From Guillardia theta CCMP2712 (taxonomy: Eukaryota > Protista > Cryptophyta), in assembly GCF_000315625.1 (NCBI RefSeq), contig NW_005434668.1:567808-631807 (forward strand): a stretch of DNA of 64,000 bases, in the 5' to 3' direction. The notes under the pieces were generated by a model. That model made no database searches. It worked only from the letters and a program-made list of their open reading frames with translations, and was not told where the DNA came from. Positions 62,115 to 64,000 of the stretch are shown here, piece after piece. A program made the position numbers and the translations under genes. Within the stretch, counting starts at the first letter, position 1, and each line of letters begins with the position of its first letter.

Positions 62115-63001
62115 TCATCCTGCTGGAATTGTCAGACTTCGACCATCTACAGTCTGTGAGCTAGTAATGCGCATTTTCTGAAAAACAAAAAATCAGTCTG
62201 TAATCACCTTCTTGCAACCAGACGATACTTACTGAATAGCTCTGCAATGCACTTTTGAATGTTTACCCACGATGAAAACTTCGAGTCGCAGAAGTCCTGT
62301 CGATAGCGGGAGCACAGCAAGTCAGCGGAAGGATCTGAAAGAGTCCCTTCGATTCTACCATCACTTGTCGACGCTCGAGTTTGACTCGCTGATAATCTTC
62401 AAGCTCGCTGTCAAGCCCCTCCTTAGCTGAAACTGGCCCTGGTGATGCGAAACTCGTGAGCATTGAGTCAGTTCGGGCGCGTGAACATACCGGCTGATAT
62501 CGTCACTCCACCCGTCTCACCCATGGCTTGTAGTTTCTGTAGCTCTACAAGCCGTGCACTGTTCCCTTGAGCAGAGACTACGTCCTGTGAGATTTCACAA
62601 AGATGTCGACAAGACAACAGGCCAGGAAAAGTTGTTGAGCAAAATCACAGACTTCAAATAGCACAAGACCCCAACCGTCCTCGGATGACACTAAGAGGGA
62701 TCAGAATGGATCGCAACTTATTGCTGCCTTAGAAATACCAGAAACAGATGCCAGTGCAAAACATGAAGCCACACAGAGGAGCAAACTCTCGCGTTACCTT
62801 GTTCGAATGGCTGACAAGGACGACGACCAGCACAGCGGCCATCAATGCAGCCATCGCGACAGTGAAAACTCTGAGGGAAGAGGACGAGACTGACTTGCGC
62901 TCGAGTGGAGCCCTGCATCATCTGATGTCACTTGCAACGAACTGCCGTGTCCTTCTCCCTCCCCCTCCCCCTCCTTCTCACATGGGCCGCACAAACGCCA
63001 T
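62115..63001 (-). CDS. Possible small multi-exon hypothetical protein
   Basis: ATG 63001 and short exons (DVVSAQGNSARLVELQKLQAM; EGLDSELEDYQRVKLERRQV) with GT-AG borders. Confidence 0.4.
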
Positions 63002-63049
63002 TCCCGCCTGCATCGCTGCCCCCGAAATAGTGAAGTCTCAGGGTCCTCA

Positions 63050-63260
63050 TCCCCCTGCCAACCCCATGAACCCTCGGGGTCACTCGAGTCAACCGCCCAG
63101 GTAGGGTGATCTCAAATGGTACTCCTACCCCACCCCTCGTGGTAGAAATTATCTCCACCCCACCCGTCGTATTGTCACACCTGACTGCTAAAGTGCATAG
63201 AGCACCCACTACTGCTGGTGCTGCAGGGGAATAGTACCACCCCTACCCCTCACAAGCATC
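63050..63260. promoter_or_regulatory. ACCCC-rich divergent promoter region
   Basis: TACCCC/CACCCC cluster upstream of the PDZ gene. Confidence 0.55.
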
Positions 63261-63299
63261 TTCCGGTCTCCGAGCTTTTGATCGGCTCACAGCGGCGCA

Positions 63300-63923
63300 A
63301 TGCTGAACTTGACGTGCTGCGGTCTGCGGAAGAGCGAGAAAGATCAACGAGGCATCCTGCGGTCCTCCTCTCACTCCTCTGCTACTGCATCCTACTCACA
63401 CTCGCACGCTGAGCCTCAGAAACGCGGTGTTGCCTATGGGCAAGTCGAACGGGTGAAGCTCGGTGCATCGCACTCAGGCCATGGCGAAGTGAAGAACCAG
63501 CTTGGAGCGGCTGAATCGATCCAAGGATTACAGGTCAACGAGAAGACAGAACAGAGAGTGGTAGTGGGCGCTGAGGACCTAGGGCTTGTGCTGGGCGTCG
63601 GTTCCAAAGGAGTAGTAGTCCAGTCGGTGGTGAAGGGATCTCCGTGTTTCATGTACGTATTGAGAAGTATACCTTCAACTTGATTTGTTCCCTACTATTC
63701 TTGAAATCCTTCGACGATCTTGACGAGCTTCTGCAGCGATGGTAGGATCAAGGAAGGGGATATCATCCTATCGATCGACAACGAAGACGTGCAGGATTTT
63801 AACCATGCGGTTCAACTGTTGGAAGGCGAAAAGGGAACATGCGTCGGTATCAAGACTGAGAGACATGTTGCGCGAAGCTTCGATCCATTCATACGGAAGC
63901 AATTCATCACTCTCTTCCGATGA
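63300..63923 (+). CDS. Small PDZ-domain protein
   Basis: LGLVL...VVVQSVVKGSP|DGRIKEGDIILSIDNEDV...AVQLLEGEKGT; one intron; N-terminal MLNLTCCG. Confidence 0.85.
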
Positions 63924-64000
63924 TGTCAGACATGAAGAAATACGCCCAGCCATCATTGGCGAACTGATTGTGCTGAGTGAGCTTTGATTTTTTCCACATG

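Noticed and set aside
1-64000. Prokaryotic operons, defence systems, tRNA/rRNA genes, transposases
   Set aside because: Sequence is intron-rich eukaryotic DNA and I saw no such signatures by eye; small ncRNAs cannot be excluded without a covariance search.

Overview
Gene-dense eukaryotic nuclear DNA with many short (~40-65 nt) GT-AG introns. It is most likely from a cryptophyte alga (Hanusia/Guillardia-like); this is inferred from intron size, bipartite signal-peptide presequences and lineage-type small proteins. About 30 genes were rebuilt by manual splicing. Recognisable products: PARP C-terminus, ankyrin protein, two HEAT-repeat proteins (one with a C2 domain), plastid-targeted CimA-type citramalate synthase, signal-peptide-bearing Rpf2, Sfi1-like repeat protein, NudCD3-like protein, Tim10, MORN protein, NDUFA1, quasi-RRM protein, dual-specificity phosphatase, hotdog thioesterase, CBM20-TPS-TPP with a degenerate synthase site, DUF486 DMT protein, mitochondrial carrier, signal-peptide RRM and a PDZ protein. 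The most striking signal is architectural. Genes alternate strand almost perfectly, and ACCCC/GGGGT clusters mark many 5' ends. The four clear head-to-tail junctions each hold a 0.4-0.7 kb non-coding GC-rich island built from CCGG/GGCC/GACTC/GTCAC/CACTG words, a candidate terminator/insulator element. Exon boundaries were read by eye; approximate ends are flagged.
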